DNA of 64,000 nucleotides from a virus (Duplodnaviria; Heunggongvirae; Uroviricota; Caudoviricetes): IMG/VR virus record IMGVR_UViG_3300027631_000003; one strand, 5' to 3'. Shown piece by piece: positions 31,501 to 42,525 of this stretch (position 1 is its first letter; each line of letters starts with the position of its first letter). The notes under the pieces were generated by a model. It saw only the letters and a program-made list of their open reading frames with translations, ran no database searches and was not told where the DNA came from. The position numbers and the translations under genes were made by a program.

Positions 31501-31728
31501 ATTTGGATAGTAAGATTCAATATTAAGACATGTTTCTTTTAAATTTACTACATCAATACTATTTACATCATCACCAACAAGAATATCAATCCCGTTAGTT
31601 AAAGCAGTAGCACTTATATTACTTGCAGATCCCCCAGAGACTAAAGAAGCTAATATATTAGTATTATAAAATATATTAAAGGGACCCGACTTGTTATTTA
31701 CCGTAAGTGTTACTGTATATTTTCTCAT
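28588..31728 (-). CDS. Large multi-domain tail fibre / adhesin-like protein (1046 aa) with Thr/Pro-rich linkers and duplicated ~95-aa beta-module
   Basis: Two related modules, C..ISGSYSV...YVG..GN..F..N...DT..LYY...L..Y...G.....L.LDGTS, separated by PT linkers. Cys-containing C-terminal domain. Confidence 0.6.
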   Translation of the reverse strand: MRKYTVTLTVNNKSGPFNIFYNTNILASLVSGGSASNISATALTNGIDILVGDDVNSIDVVNLKETCLNIESYYPNITPTPTPSITPSNTPTPSITPSFTVTPTNTATPTNTATNTPTGTPTQTPTTTITASPTQTPTQTPTQTQTTTLTASPFSSPTPTQTVTQTSTQTPTVTSTNTSTPTPTVTKTSTPTPSTSQTATPTPTTTNTGTPTNTPTFTTTPTNTGTPTNTPTVTPTSGYLCNTPISGSYSVSATDYIIYVGGVNGNVNFNLNVNTISDTFRLYYPNGTLLRTYSPSNGVVRDTLYLDGTSNYIRVNVDASTSIETLWSFVLECPIAVSQTLTPTTTPTQTPTMTPSPTVPNCGSGISGSYSVLPQEFSIYVGAFGGNATFEYNNYDLADTIQLYYKSNLIATYNNTGYNIATISLDGTSDHVVVKVTPYNDVETQFNFKLSCLSITPTPTPSITPTNTATPTNTPTNTVTSTNTPTQTKTPQNSPTTTATPTNTPSVTATQTTTPSETPTNTPTNTNTPSITPTNTPTTTNTNTPTPSVTESSTPTPTPTITATVTQTSTPTNTVTSTPTNTVTPTNTSTQTPTNTPSNTTTNTPTPSTTQTQTPTTTPTNTPTPSITPSGTPTNTPTQTGTPTNTPTNTVTPTVTATNTLTPSPTITATPGFTPTSTSTNTPTPTNTPTNTVTPTTTQTQTQTSTPSNTPTQTTTPSNTPPVTPANTSTPTNTPSNTATQTPTPSTTLTATPTPTVTQTGTPTQTPTPTPTIVNLIITNATANCEAGTATIDISGGTPNFEYSIDGGVTYTAPTSATTYTFSGVAGTIEPWVRDSTGYVYRWQQIDCGNLTVTFTPSYLTYNAEGFISGESESPSISSFNVSQPYDTIHTVQATSTGATEFIGWSRYPNNAVGPLTTTVSSYTHRFKKNETIYAIFNALDVTQRTFCYKPFNAGYTLTDIDRTAICATCTTISVYFRISELESNSGNFAASTWYSDPTLTTQIPSGSFRLPINETTSPTSTIFMLNNGVATATGSCPITVTETDC
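29400..30360. repeat. Repetitive coding DNA encoding Thr/Pro linkers of the 1046-aa fibre protein (second tract at ~31020..31500)
   Basis: Same ggtgttggagtt-type periodicity. The two fibre genes share long near-identical linker-coding stretches. Confidence 0.6.
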
Positions 31729-31746
31729 TTATTTACTATTAACCTT

Positions 31747-32676
31747 TTACATAGGTTTTTCTACTACACTTATTTTAAACGCGCAATTATTTATTACATT
31801 AGCAACTAATGTTGCATTGTTACTTATTAAAACTTTATCAGAGCAACTACTTCCAGGCAATACTGAGTTTATAGTATAAGTTACAGGGTATGAACCTAAT
31901 CCTAAATCACTAAATTTTACAGTTCCATTATTGTATATATTATAAAAACTAGCATTTTCACCAGATAATGTTACACTAGCAACATCTATATTTCCTCCTC
32001 TACCATCAGTGCTTGGAATTAGATTTATTATTCTATTAATATCCGTATCTAAGTATGTAACACTCTTATATTTTGCTAAAGGAGTTAAAGGAAACATTAA
32101 TTGATAATCTTGATTTGTTATTATACACAAACCATGAGAATAAAAAATGTTACCTATATGAGTGTTTGAATTTTGAGTATCAATTAAATTACCAATACCA
32201 TCATCTTTGATAGAATAAACAGATGATGTTAGTTCAAAATGATACGGAAGAATTTGTTGACCATATAAATCTTGGTCTATTGACAATACACGAATACCAG
32301 CATTTGATCCAGTTGGGAAATTCTTTATTAAACCTGGATTTTCATTATAGTTGAAATAAGAACCTGTAGCTCTTACTTGAGATTGGTTATCGTAATATAA
32401 AGAACGCAGTAATGAACCAGTGTCAAGAAGTTCAACACTGGATGAATATTTTTGATAAAATAGATGATTTACTTGAGAATATACTAATCTCTCATATTGC
32501 CCTTCCGTAACTGGATCTTCATCTAATGAAAAGGAACCAGTTAAGTTGGTTCCTTTATATATTTTGATATATTGATCGTTTTCAGGATATGGGCAATACT
32601 CAAAAAACCATTTTTTATTAGCTACATATGGTACAGATATTACATCTGATCGTTTTAACCTTTTAAATGAAGCCAT
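31747..32676 (-). CDS. Structural protein (tail/baseplate region), hypothetical
   Basis: 309 aa, Ser/Asn/Tyr-rich beta-type composition, within the tail block. Confidence 0.45.
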   Translation of the reverse strand: MASFKRLKRSDVISVPYVANKKWFFEYCPYPENDQYIKIYKGTNLTGSFSLDEDPVTEGQYERLVYSQVNHLFYQKYSSSVELLDTGSLLRSLYYDNQSQVRATGSYFNYNENPGLIKNFPTGSNAGIRVLSIDQDLYGQQILPYHFELTSSVYSIKDDGIGNLIDTQNSNTHIGNIFYSHGLCIITNQDYQLMFPLTPLAKYKSVTYLDTDINRIINLIPSTDGRGGNIDVASVTLSGENASFYNIYNNGTVKFSDLGLGSYPVTYTINSVLPGSSCSDKVLISNNATLVANVINNCAFKISVVEKPM

Positions 32677-32689
32677 TTATAGCGTTTTT

Positions 32690-33688
32690 TTAGTAATCTA
32701 ATTTAATTCTTATTAAAGATTCTTTAGTAAAGTCTTTAATTAAAGGGCGAGATAATTTAGCAACCGCTAATAACTCATTATTATCGTTGTACATACCCAC
32801 AGTACTAATGTATGTTTGAGGATTATCTATTAATGTATCATATAATAAACTACCACTTTCATTTATAATAGATGGATTTGTTGTATAGTTAAAGTCACTA
32901 TTTTTAACTCTAGTAAAGAAATAACGTGATGACACGGTTTCTTGAGATTGAAGTGTAAAACCATATACTCCATTTGATCCACTTATTACTTTAAACATTT
33001 GGAAATTGTTTGGATTTCCAGTAACATTACTTCCAGTATTAGACATAAATCCAATACCACCATCAGCTGATGTTACATCTAAAGCACGAGCATTTAATAA
33101 AATAACTCCTAAATCAGGAAATACTAATCCATAACTACCGCTAACTCCATTTTTAGGAGAAGTAGCAGCAACACCATTACTACCAGAAATTATAGTATAA
33201 TAACGGTTAGAACCAATAAAGTTAGTAACAGATCCATTAATAATACTATCATCCGTTAACACTAAAGCAGATGAACCAGAATATAATTTTAAAGATAATG
33301 ATCCTGGTTTAATAGATTCTTTATATTTAGAACGAGCTACTGATAATGCATAGAAATGTTCTGAAACTTTACCTCCAAAATTAAATGATGAATTTTCATC
33401 ATTATAAATTAAACTTCTATACTGTCCATAAGCAATACGAGTTGGTGTAACTCCGTTTACTGAAGGATTTAAAAGTGTGGATCCACTTCCACTTACGTGT
33501 CCGTATTGGATCGTAAATTGTAAAGAAGAAGTAGCTGAAGTATCGTATACATTTATGTAATAAGAACTAGTAACTACACTAGAAGTAAAAAATGTAGTTA
33601 AACTAGCAGTATCATTAGTCCATGCTCCTCTTACTACGGTTTCCGAACTTATTACTGAATCATCAGTGTTGTATCTAATAAAGGACAT
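32690..33688 (-). CDS. Structural protein whose C-terminal ~100 aa domain is shared with the 22055..22366 ORF
   Basis: 332 aa. C-terminal YNDNNELLAVAK motif is shared with the small ORF. Confidence 0.5.
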   Translation of the reverse strand: MSFIRYNTDDSVISSETVVRGAWTNDTASLTTFFTSSVVTSSYYINVYDTSATSSLQFTIQYGHVSGSGSTLLNPSVNGVTPTRIAYGQYRSLIYNDENSSFNFGGKVSEHFYALSVARSKYKESIKPGSLSLKLYSGSSALVLTDDSIINGSVTNFIGSNRYYTIISGSNGVAATSPKNGVSGSYGLVFPDLGVILLNARALDVTSADGGIGFMSNTGSNVTGNPNNFQMFKVISGSNGVYGFTLQSQETVSSRYFFTRVKNSDFNYTTNPSIINESGSLLYDTLIDNPQTYISTVGMYNDNNELLAVAKLSRPLIKDFTKESLIRIKLDY

Positions 33689-33689
33689 A

Positions 33690-34352
33690 TTATAAGTTAT
33701 TTACTTTAATTATATTTACTGGGATTGTTATTCTAGCACCTGAATCTCTACCAGTAACTGTAATAGTTGTTGATAATTGAGATAATGAAGTACCAAATAA
33801 AGTATTAATTGTGGTACCGGTTAATGTAAATGAAGTTCCTAATTCGGATTTACTTAATTTAGTACCAGTAGTAGTATTAAGATTTGTTACATCTGTAATT
33901 GATACAATACCACTACCATTAAAAGCAGACATTAATCTAATATCAGCAATAGTAGCAGTATAACCATTAGCTTCAAAAGTTGAAGTTGATCCTAAATAAT
34001 TTAACGTTTGAGGAGTTATTGTTAATGAAGCCCCTTGACGTAATGATATTGTGTTGTAACCTAAAGAAATAACAGGTAATTTCGAAGTACCGCGAGGTAA
34101 AGTTACTAATTTATATCTCATAATCTGAGATTCATCAGGAAAGGCTTCCATCATAGGCATAGCTTCAATAGCTTCACCATAAAATGCAGAACCTGATGGA
34201 TGGGTTGGATTATATAAAGTATAATCAATTTCATCATCAGCTAATGCAAATTGAGTAATTTGGAAAGAACCGTCGTTTCTTGCCAACAATTCACGTCCCT
34301 TTTTAGTTAATATAGCATCTACAGTTACGGTAGTGTTATTTAAAATTGCCAT
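33690..34352 (-). CDS. Structural protein, hypothetical
   Basis: 220 aa, Thr/Ser-rich. TATATTTATA-like motif upstream (34353..34400). Confidence 0.45.
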   Translation of the reverse strand: MAILNNTTVTVDAILTKKGRELLARNDGSFQITQFALADDEIDYTLYNPTHPSGSAFYGEAIEAMPMMEAFPDESQIMRYKLVTLPRGTSKLPVISLGYNTISLRQGASLTITPQTLNYLGSTSTFEANGYTATIADIRLMSAFNGSGIVSITDVTNLNTTTGTKLSKSELGTSFTLTGTTINTLFGTSLSQLSTTITVTGRDSGARITIPVNIIKVNNL

Positions 34353-34400
34353 AATTTATTTATTATTTTCGTATAAATATATATTTTATAAATTTTTTAA

Positions 34401-37400
34401 TTAAAAACCACCCCCACTGTTTATTGAGCCTAGGTCAATTAATTTTTGTTTTAATTCTTTTGTTATTGCATCTATGTTATCTAGCACATCAGGGTGAATA
34501 TCGTTAGGAATTATTAATCCCAATGATGTTTCATTATCAGGTTTAATAAAGCTTAATATTATATTATTTTCATCATTAGTTTTACTTAATATTAAAAATT
34601 TATCTAATGTTGTTGATGAATAAACAGGAATACGAAGCGCACTTGGTAACGTTGTTGTTAAAGTAATATTAAGTTTACCTCCAACTTTAGTTATTGAAGC
34701 TATATTAGATTCTACAAAGTTTCCATTTCCACCATAATATAATATAACAATATCTCCAGGTTTAGGAGAGAAAACAAAATTTATATCTCCATTTTTTAAA
34801 CCAAATGAATCATAAAGTGAATTTTTAATTATATTACTTCCACTTGGTACAAATTGATAATTTTGAAAATAACTTAATTCACTACTTAATATTATAGTAT
34901 TATTATTAGATGAACCAGATACAAATTGAGTTAATGAGCTAGTGGCGTATGGATTAAGTCCTGTTTGATTTGTAGCTAGTGAATTAGTTAATGTACCTCC
35001 AGGTAATACTTCAGCTACAAATCCATTAGTATTAAATCCACCACTTCCGGTAATAAATTCAAATGCAATTTTATCATTTAATGCTAGTTCACCATATAAT
35101 GTTTCAACATTAAATTCTTGAGTTTGAGTTAATAAATTATTAAAATTAAAATAAAATTTTCTATATTGATTTGTATATGATGGTACATCATATATTGGAG
35201 GAGAACTTGAACCTAAGTTTGAATAAGCTATAGAACCAATCCCATCATAAAAATTTTCGCCACTTGTAGTATTTCTAACCCAAACTTGTCTAGAGCCTTG
35301 AAGTATATATGCCCCACCAGGTCCATAAGGATAAACAAAAGGAGCTATAGTTATTGATCTAAATTTAGTTCCCGCAGGAAGAATTTCATACGGGGTTGTT
35401 TCACCAGGTCTAAATATTTTAGTTTCATATGGAGTATTTAATGTTTGACCATCTCCGGGGCCAGTTAACGTACACCAAAATTGTGTAGTTGTAGTTGGTA
35501 AATTTTGTACATCTACTTCTCCTTTATATGAAGAGGTAAATGCTAATGTTTTAGAACCATTGGTTAAAGGTCCAGATCCTACTTTGTTAATATTAAAAGT
35601 AAAAGATCCACTTTGATCAACACTTCCAAATGTTACTTTAACTGAAAAATTAGCAGTAAATAATTGTTGACCTGATTCTGCAATACTATATGTAGTAAAA
35701 GTATTAGTGGCTGAAGTCAGATAAGCATTTCCTTCTTGGTATTTATCATCTAATATATCAGTATTTACACTAAATAAATCAAATATTTTACCTGATGTAA
35801 TAGGATATACTACAGGAAGTGCATTTATAATAGCTCCACCTTTTGTTGATACTTTAAATAATTTAGATAAACTATCTCCTGTATAGTTAAAATATAATCT
35901 ACTATCTGAACCTGAACTATATAAAATAGGAGAATAAGAATATCCACTATTATATATGTTTTTAACACCATCTGTAGCTTTTTGGTTGGAATATTTTTGA
36001 TTATCAAATAAAGCAACAGTTGCTGTAGTGCCAGCTTTAAATATATTTTGGACTTCTTCCCAATGTTTATTTTTCTTATTTAGTTCAGTTAAATTACCTT
36101 CAGCATCAACTAAATATTTTAATACAACATTATTTCTTTTAGGAATACCAAAATATGGATTAGATACAATTTGAGTAAATAAACCTATTTTTCTAGTATT
36201 TTTATCAATAGCTGCTGTTTTACCATATGAACTATCTCCACTATATGTTGCGGATGCTGATGAATAATTATTATATGTTAAACTAGATAATTTAGTTCCC
36301 TCATAACGAGAACGTTGATGTCCTAATAATGAATTATAACTATCTTGTAATTCAGCACTAGATGTAAATTCTACTCCACTTTTTAATACTTTAGAAGTAA
36401 CATATACATCTTCTAATTTTAATCTGTTTTTAGATGTTATACTTGAAGAAATATTATTTAAAGTAACATTAAAATCAGTATGATTAAATTCGTTTATATT
36501 AATTGATTTTGATGGAAATAAGTATGGATTTGGATTTGTAGATTCAAAATGGTAATTTATATTAGCATATGAACCAGTAAACTCACCCGTATAAAATTCA
36601 GATTTATTCCCAGTTAAAATATCATAATTATAGTCTTTAACTTCAGAAATTGTAGGAGCCTCATATATACCTTCATGAATAAATTCAGTAGTAACTTTAG
36701 GTTTATATGATTTTACTTTATTACGTTCAAGTACTGGGGATTTAATTGATATACCAATAATAGGATTTGTTCTTGCAGGAACAAAATCTTTTAACATTTT
36801 AAATAAACTATTATCAAAGTATTTTACTAATTCAAAAAATCCTTTATAATCTAATCTGTAAGGTATACTTCCAGAAACTATAATATGATCTCTATTTTCA
36901 AGATCTAATTCAGTATATGAATCAGTATACATGTATCTAGGATCACCAATATAATCATCTACTGAAAATGTAGTGTGGGTACGAGCTATAGATGCTGAAA
37001 TTAGATCATTTTGAGCATGTTGGGGGCTAAATGATAAATCAATAAAATGTAAGTCCGTTGATTGTACTAAAGCAGATGATGTTACAGGTTGTTGTAAAGA
37101 TATAAATGGGGATAAAACACTACCTGTTATTTGATTATTAATTAAATGTATTTTACCAGCAAGATGATTATGACCTTTTAATCTATCATATTTAAAATCA
37201 CCTCCAAATTCTTTAGGTTCAAATATGCTACTTGTAATTCCAAAAGTAGTTATTAAATTTTGTAAACCTGCTTTTGTTCCTCTAGTTTTTGATAATAAAG
37301 GAATATTATGATATATTCTTTTATATAGTTCAGATAATAAATCTTTTTTAGGAATATTATTTAAAAAACTACTTGTCGCAGAAAAATCATTTGAAAATAA

Positions 37401-38885
37401 AGTACTACCAGAATTTATACCTCCAATATAATCATCAAACTCATCATCTCCTTTACTATTGTAAAGTTTAACACCTAATGATTTTAAGGCATCATATACA
37501 ATATCTTTTGAAATACCTTTTTCTAAATTATTATCAGCATTATATAATTCATTAATTGATGTTATATAAATCCATATATTATCAAAATAATGACCAATCA
37601 TATTAATAAAATTAAAATATGGTTGGTAATTTGCAGAATCAAACTTAATATACTCAGGTATTACATTATATAAATGATCTAAATTATTTTCATCATATAA
37701 TTCAGCAGAACCAGTATATGAATTATACCAGTTTTTTGTTATTAATGAGCTAGTAGATAATAAAGTATAAGGTTTTACATTATTTGTTTTAGGCCAGGTA
37801 TATGAACTTGATTCAAAATACATGTAATTTTCAAATCCATCAAAATTTTTAGCGATTCCATCAATTTTTAATTTAATAGATGCTGTTTCTTCATTTTTTA
37901 GAATTGAATTTGATGCCAATAAAATATTAATATCAGTATTATAATCTTCAATTTGTTTAACTTTATTGTAAAATATTTCTAAACGTTTTTTAGCTGAGCT
38001 AAAATGAATGAAATTTTCAAATGAAGTATAATCGATATTTAAATCATACGAATTATTATTCATATAATTTAATACTCGATGATATGAAGAACCAGTTAAT
38101 GAAGATATTAATGAGCTATAGCTTTCATATTTTGTAGCTACATTTTGTTTAATATCTAGATCTATATCAAAATTAGGACCTTTTAATTGTGGAGGTGGAG
38201 GTAATACTACAGATGAATCTAAATTAACTGTAAATATATAAGGTTCAATTATTTCTTCACTAATCCAACCTAATGTTTTTTCTACTATATCTAGTGGAAG
38301 AGGATCGTATAATTTTAATAATAATGTAGGTGTTGCTGAATTAGGATCAACAGCAACATTTATTATTAAAAATTGAAAATTATTAGGAAAATTTAAAAGA
38401 AAATTAATTTGTTCAGTATTATTCTCTATGGATGAACCTAAATAATTACCCCAAGATACTAATTGTGGAGTTGAAAGAAACGTTGAATTAAATCTAATTT
38501 CAGTTCTATCTTCAGATATTTCATCTATAAATAATATAGGAGTAGGACCTGATATTACTGATTTGTTAAAATTATATTGGGTAGTAAACTGACCAGATAT
38601 ATACCCAAGATCTTCTAAATCTTTAACTGGGTTTATTTCAATTATAGGATATTCACCTTTTGGGGTAAGAGAGAAATCTGTAGGTAATTTATAATTTGAG
38701 TAATTATCTATTGAATATAATATTTCACCTTGATCATCATATACTATATATTGTATATAATCTTCTTTAGCCCCAAATGTTTTATTTTGTAGAGATGTTG
38801 TTATTAAATTTAAATCTTCATTTTTTATACGAGATAATCTTCGAATATTACTTACATCCCCTATAATTTTAATATTATCCGCCAT
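34401..38885 (-). CDS. Large structural protein (1494 aa), possibly baseplate wedge/tail fibre component
   Basis: Long ORF downstream of the gp6/gp25 homologs. Asn/Ser/Tyr-rich beta-rich composition. No specific motif recognised. Confidence 0.5.
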   Translation of the reverse strand: MADNIKIIGDVSNIRRLSRIKNEDLNLITTSLQNKTFGAKEDYIQYIVYDDQGEILYSIDNYSNYKLPTDFSLTPKGEYPIIEINPVKDLEDLGYISGQFTTQYNFNKSVISGPTPILFIDEISEDRTEIRFNSTFLSTPQLVSWGNYLGSSIENNTEQINFLLNFPNNFQFLIINVAVDPNSATPTLLLKLYDPLPLDIVEKTLGWISEEIIEPYIFTVNLDSSVVLPPPPQLKGPNFDIDLDIKQNVATKYESYSSLISSLTGSSYHRVLNYMNNNSYDLNIDYTSFENFIHFSSAKKRLEIFYNKVKQIEDYNTDINILLASNSILKNEETASIKLKIDGIAKNFDGFENYMYFESSSYTWPKTNNVKPYTLLSTSSLITKNWYNSYTGSAELYDENNLDHLYNVIPEYIKFDSANYQPYFNFINMIGHYFDNIWIYITSINELYNADNNLEKGISKDIVYDALKSLGVKLYNSKGDDEFDDYIGGINSGSTLFSNDFSATSSFLNNIPKKDLLSELYKRIYHNIPLLSKTRGTKAGLQNLITTFGITSSIFEPKEFGGDFKYDRLKGHNHLAGKIHLINNQITGSVLSPFISLQQPVTSSALVQSTDLHFIDLSFSPQHAQNDLISASIARTHTTFSVDDYIGDPRYMYTDSYTELDLENRDHIIVSGSIPYRLDYKGFFELVKYFDNSLFKMLKDFVPARTNPIIGISIKSPVLERNKVKSYKPKVTTEFIHEGIYEAPTISEVKDYNYDILTGNKSEFYTGEFTGSYANINYHFESTNPNPYLFPSKSININEFNHTDFNVTLNNISSSITSKNRLKLEDVYVTSKVLKSGVEFTSSAELQDSYNSLLGHQRSRYEGTKLSSLTYNNYSSASATYSGDSSYGKTAAIDKNTRKIGLFTQIVSNPYFGIPKRNNVVLKYLVDAEGNLTELNKKNKHWEEVQNIFKAGTTATVALFDNQKYSNQKATDGVKNIYNSGYSYSPILYSSGSDSRLYFNYTGDSLSKLFKVSTKGGAIINALPVVYPITSGKIFDLFSVNTDILDDKYQEGNAYLTSATNTFTTYSIAESGQQLFTANFSVKVTFGSVDQSGSFTFNINKVGSGPLTNGSKTLAFTSSYKGEVDVQNLPTTTTQFWCTLTGPGDGQTLNTPYETKIFRPGETTPYEILPAGTKFRSITIAPFVYPYGPGGAYILQGSRQVWVRNTTSGENFYDGIGSIAYSNLGSSSPPIYDVPSYTNQYRKFYFNFNNLLTQTQEFNVETLYGELALNDKIAFEFITGSGGFNTNGFVAEVLPGGTLTNSLATNQTGLNPYATSSLTQFVSGSSNNNTIILSSELSYFQNYQFVPSGSNIIKNSLYDSFGLKNGDINFVFSPKPGDIVILYYGGNGNFVESNIASITKVGGKLNITLTTTLPSALRIPVYSSTTLDKFLILSKTNDENNIILSFIKPDNETSLGLIIPNDIHPDVLDNIDAITKELKQKLIDLGSINSGGGF

Positions 38886-39220
38886 TATTTTTTATTTATA
38901 CTTCCTAAAGATTTATTAGCTTCTAATAATTCTTGTTTTAATAATGTTATTTCATCCAATAGAGCTTGAATATTCGATTCTTCATTAATTTTTACACCTA
39001 AATATTCAGCAGTTCTATTTAATATAAATCTGTGAGATTGAACATCACCTTCAGGGGATATTTGGTAGAATAAATCATCATACAATATAAAAAATTCATC
39101 AATTGTAAGTGACGTATCACTATCTGTTGATGGTTTTAATAATTGTGTAAATCTAGTATCAACTAATTTTTCAAAATCATCTCTTGAAAAAGTACTAGAG
39201 TTAAATGATATATTAGCCAT
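38885..39220 (-). CDS. Hypothetical protein
   Basis: 111 aa, coupled ATGA overlap, coiled-coil C-terminus. Confidence 0.45.
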   Translation of the reverse strand: MANISFNSSTFSRDDFEKLVDTRFTQLLKPSTDSDTSLTIDEFFILYDDLFYQISPEGDVQSHRFILNRTAEYLGVKINEESNIQALLDEITLLKQELLEANKSLGSINKK

Positions 39221-40296
39221 TACCTTATAACTTTAAAATAATTATTATCTTCTAATATTATTGTACTTCCACTTATTATTGATTTGATTAATATTTGATA
39301 ATATCTTTCAGGTTGTAAACCATTCATATATAAATCAAAATAATTACCAGTTGAATCTGCTGATAGTTTAGTGAAAGTAGTGTCAAAATCAATTACAAAT
39401 TCTTCAGTTTTAATATCTTTTACCGCATAGTATGATGATGTAGGTAATAATTTAGAATTTAAATATAATGAAGAAGTCTGAAATGTTCTAGTAGGGAATC
39501 TATCTCTTGTATTTACTCTAAAACGATTAACTGAATCTTCCTGGTATTCTTTTTTATTATTAGATATAGATATTATTATATTATCAGATTGAACTGTTGT
39601 TAATGAACCCGTGGAGTAAGAGAAATCATTCCATCTAAATTCTAAACATGGAGGATATATAGTATGAGTATCTGTTGAAAAATATTTAGTTTCAAACGAT
39701 GACCCTGTATTAAATTCTAAAGAAGAAGAATGTTTAATTATAAATCCATTTTGATAAAAACTAGAACTAATAACATTAGTTACATCTAATTCTATATCTT
39801 TACTTGAAGCATAGTTAAAAGATTGAGTTGAAATTAAATTACTTCCGGTCCACCAACTTCCACCTCCAATATTATCTCCATTATATGAACTGGTAGTAGC
39901 AGTAGTATTTAGACTAAATGAACTTCCACTTAAAATATCTCTGTACTTCCAGCTAACTCCTTCAGTAGTAGAAGGAACATTAGCAGCACGACCAACTCCC
40001 ATATTCCAAGAACCTGATATTGGATGACAATATAAAGTATAATCTAATGGAATTTCAGAAGCGTTTGCTAAATATAATTTTAAATATGCTTTATAATTTG
40101 ATAAAGCTATTTTATTAGTTAATAAATCAGATATTTCAGTGTTTGAGAATGCTAATAATGCTCTAGAAACTTCACCAGCATCTTCTATAGATTTATACAA
40201 ACTTATATCTAATATTTCATCTAATCCTGCATTTTTAGTAGGATAGTATGAATATATAGAAGAATCTTTAGTGGGAAATAATTTATATACTGCCAT
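39220..40296 (-). CDS. Structural protein (baseplate region), hypothetical
   Basis: 358 aa ORF directly downstream of the gp6 homolog. Confidence 0.45.
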   Translation of the reverse strand: MAVYKLFPTKDSSIYSYYPTKNAGLDEILDISLYKSIEDAGEVSRALLAFSNTEISDLLTNKIALSNYKAYLKLYLANASEIPLDYTLYCHPISGSWNMGVGRAANVPSTTEGVSWKYRDILSGSSFSLNTTATTSSYNGDNIGGGSWWTGSNLISTQSFNYASSKDIELDVTNVISSSFYQNGFIIKHSSSLEFNTGSSFETKYFSTDTHTIYPPCLEFRWNDFSYSTGSLTTVQSDNIIISISNNKKEYQEDSVNRFRVNTRDRFPTRTFQTSSLYLNSKLLPTSSYYAVKDIKTEEFVIDFDTTFTKLSADSTGNYFDLYMNGLQPERYYQILIKSIISGSTIILEDNNYFKVIR

Positions 40297-40298
40297 TA

Positions 40299-42104
40299 TT
40301 AATTAGTAATTATTCTACCGTTTATATCATTGTCTGGAAAGCGAACTTCAAATATACTAGGATCTATTGAGGGATATAAAATACCATTTCTAGTAGCTGC
40401 ATGGATATCATACCCATATGGAGAATAATCCCCTCCATTTTTATTTATTATTTCTACTTTATGTACGGATCTAACACCAGGTACTTTTAAAAGAAGCGCA
40501 TTAATCTCAGATAATATAATAGGTTGATTTATTTGCCACGAATCTATATTAAAATAATCTCTTACTTGAGATATGCAATTAGCTAATAACTCCCTATTAT
40601 TGTAACTTGGGTCTGAGTTTATTTCAAAATTAATAGCTAAATTAATATAAAATGCATTTTTAATATGAATAGAATCTGTTATCATTCTATATTCATTTAA
40701 ATATGTTTTTAAATTATTTTTTAATGTATCATTTGCAGATACTAATCTTTTATCTATATTATAAGCTAAGACAAATAAATCTAAACTTAAAGGATTTTCA
40801 CTAAGTAAATTACCAGTATTATTATATGTTTCTTGTGTTATATAAGCTTTAGCTATATTGCCGTATTTTGAGGGTAAACTTAAAGTCCTAACAATATAAT
40901 CTTCTTTAGTTACTGCTCTATTTTGGGAAGTGTATGAATTTAATGTATTTAAACGAATTTCTTCAATTGTATCTCCTCCTCTACCTCCAGTAGCTGGCTC
41001 CGGATTGCTAACTAATAAATTACTAATAATTGAGTTTCTTAATTCGGTATTTAATGGATTATATTTAAACCAACTAGATGCGTTTGTAGTATCTAAAGAA
41101 GTTAATGTATTAGCAGCTACATTAGCTTGTAATCCACCTCCAACAAGATATTTAATATGTAAATCACCTGATGGAGCTATACCATAATTTTTAGTAAAAA
41201 ATGTTGATGCTTTATTGTAATTATCTATATTATCAGACACACTAGATATTAATCCTAAATTAATATTATCTAAATTAGGAATTATTTCTGTATCTAATTT
41301 AGTAGATACCCCTGCACCAAATTGAAGTTCAATTGATCCTGTAGATTTAACTCTAGTAACAAAACGTTTAGGTACTCTTTTAATTTTAAGTAAATAATCA
41401 ATTTCTGAAGATCCTGAAATTGCATTATTTATAGGTTCAAAGATAGTTTCTTGTGCTAAATATGGTACTTCATACCATTTATCTCCATCACTTCCTGTAA
41501 CTTCTAAAATTTGGATTAAATTACTATCTTGAATTGTAGTAGAAGTAAATTTAGAATTAGGAGGAATATTAGCAGTAGTTGTTTTTACTTCAGCAGATAT
41601 TACACTAATTGATTTTTTTACAATAAAAAAATCTTCATTATAGTATGATATATTTGCTGATGCCGTTGATGAAAAATCAACATCATCTGTTGTAATAAAT
41701 GGAGAAAAATCAACATTACTACGTACTAAAGTATTTGAGGGAATTACTAGAGAGTAACTCATATCAATAACTCCATTATTTGAGGGCATTAATTGATATA
41801 CATCTATTTTAGTAGTAGCGGCATATGATAATTTTGGACGATATCCAAATGAATATGCTAAATTATATAAACTTTCTCTCTCTTTAGCTAAATTTAAAAA
41901 GTTTTCTTGAATTTGAGCATCAATATAAAATGATGAAACATCACCAACATATGATGCCATTTCAATAAACATATTTCCCGGAGATGCTTCTGAAAAATCA
42001 TTATAAGTATCTGGAAAATATGTTTTAGCAAATTCATTAAGTGATGTTTTAAAATCACTAAATGTTTTATTAACATATTTTATATCTTTGGTATTGTTCG
42101 CCAT
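40299..42104 (-). CDS. gp6: Baseplate wedge protein, baseplate-J / T4 gp6 family
   Basis: 601 aa. The N-terminus KTFSDFKTSLNEFAKTYFPDTYNDFSEASPGNMFIEMASYVGDVSSFYIDAQIQENFL is typical of the baseplate-J family. Sits immediately downstream of the gp25 homolog. Confidence 0.65.
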   Translation of the reverse strand: MANNTKDIKYVNKTFSDFKTSLNEFAKTYFPDTYNDFSEASPGNMFIEMASYVGDVSSFYIDAQIQENFLNLAKERESLYNLAYSFGYRPKLSYAATTKIDVYQLMPSNNGVIDMSYSLVIPSNTLVRSNVDFSPFITTDDVDFSSTASANISYYNEDFFIVKKSISVISAEVKTTTANIPPNSKFTSTTIQDSNLIQILEVTGSDGDKWYEVPYLAQETIFEPINNAISGSSEIDYLLKIKRVPKRFVTRVKSTGSIELQFGAGVSTKLDTEIIPNLDNINLGLISSVSDNIDNYNKASTFFTKNYGIAPSGDLHIKYLVGGGLQANVAANTLTSLDTTNASSWFKYNPLNTELRNSIISNLLVSNPEPATGGRGGDTIEEIRLNTLNSYTSQNRAVTKEDYIVRTLSLPSKYGNIAKAYITQETYNNTGNLLSENPLSLDLFVLAYNIDKRLVSANDTLKNNLKTYLNEYRMITDSIHIKNAFYINLAINFEINSDPSYNNRELLANCISQVRDYFNIDSWQINQPIILSEINALLLKVPGVRSVHKVEIINKNGGDYSPYGYDIHAATRNGILYPSIDPSIFEVRFPDNDINGRIITN

Positions 42105-42523
42105 TATCGTATTGTACTAAAATCTATATAAATTTGGTCTTTATTCCCTGAAATTTTTAATTTATATGAAACCATCGCTGTTATACTATTTCCTTCTGTA
42201 TTTGGAATTATATCCATACTAGTAACTATTATATCAGGTATAAAAGTATTAATACTCATTAATATATTATCTTTGATACTATTAGTTAAAGTATCAGTTA
42301 AAGGTTCAAATAATAATCTTTTTAAATCAGAGCCAAAATTTGGATTAAAAATTCTTTCTCCTTTACTTGTTAGTAAAAGATTAATTAGATTTGATTTTAT
42401 TTGTGATTGAGTTGATAATGTACTTTTAAATACTCCACCTCCATTAAAGGGAATTGAAATTCCTATAGCTCTACTTTTTTGCAAATCTAATGGATCAACT
42501 CGTACTATTTGAGGAATTGGCAT
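42104..42523 (-). CDS. gp25: Baseplate wedge subunit, gp25/GPW family
   Basis: 139 aa. IKSNLINLLLTSKGERIFNPNFGSDLKRLLFEPLTDTL...MDIIP aligns with T4 gp25 IKNSLLGIITTRKGSRPFDPEFGCDLSDQLFENMTPLT...VNVIP. Confidence 0.8.
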   Translation of the reverse strand: MPIPQIVRVDPLDLQKSRAIGISIPFNGGGVFKSTLSTQSQIKSNLINLLLTSKGERIFNPNFGSDLKRLLFEPLTDTLTNSIKDNILMSINTFIPDIIVTSMDIIPNTEGNSITAMVSYKLKISGNKDQIYIDFSTIR

Positions 42524-42525
42524 AG

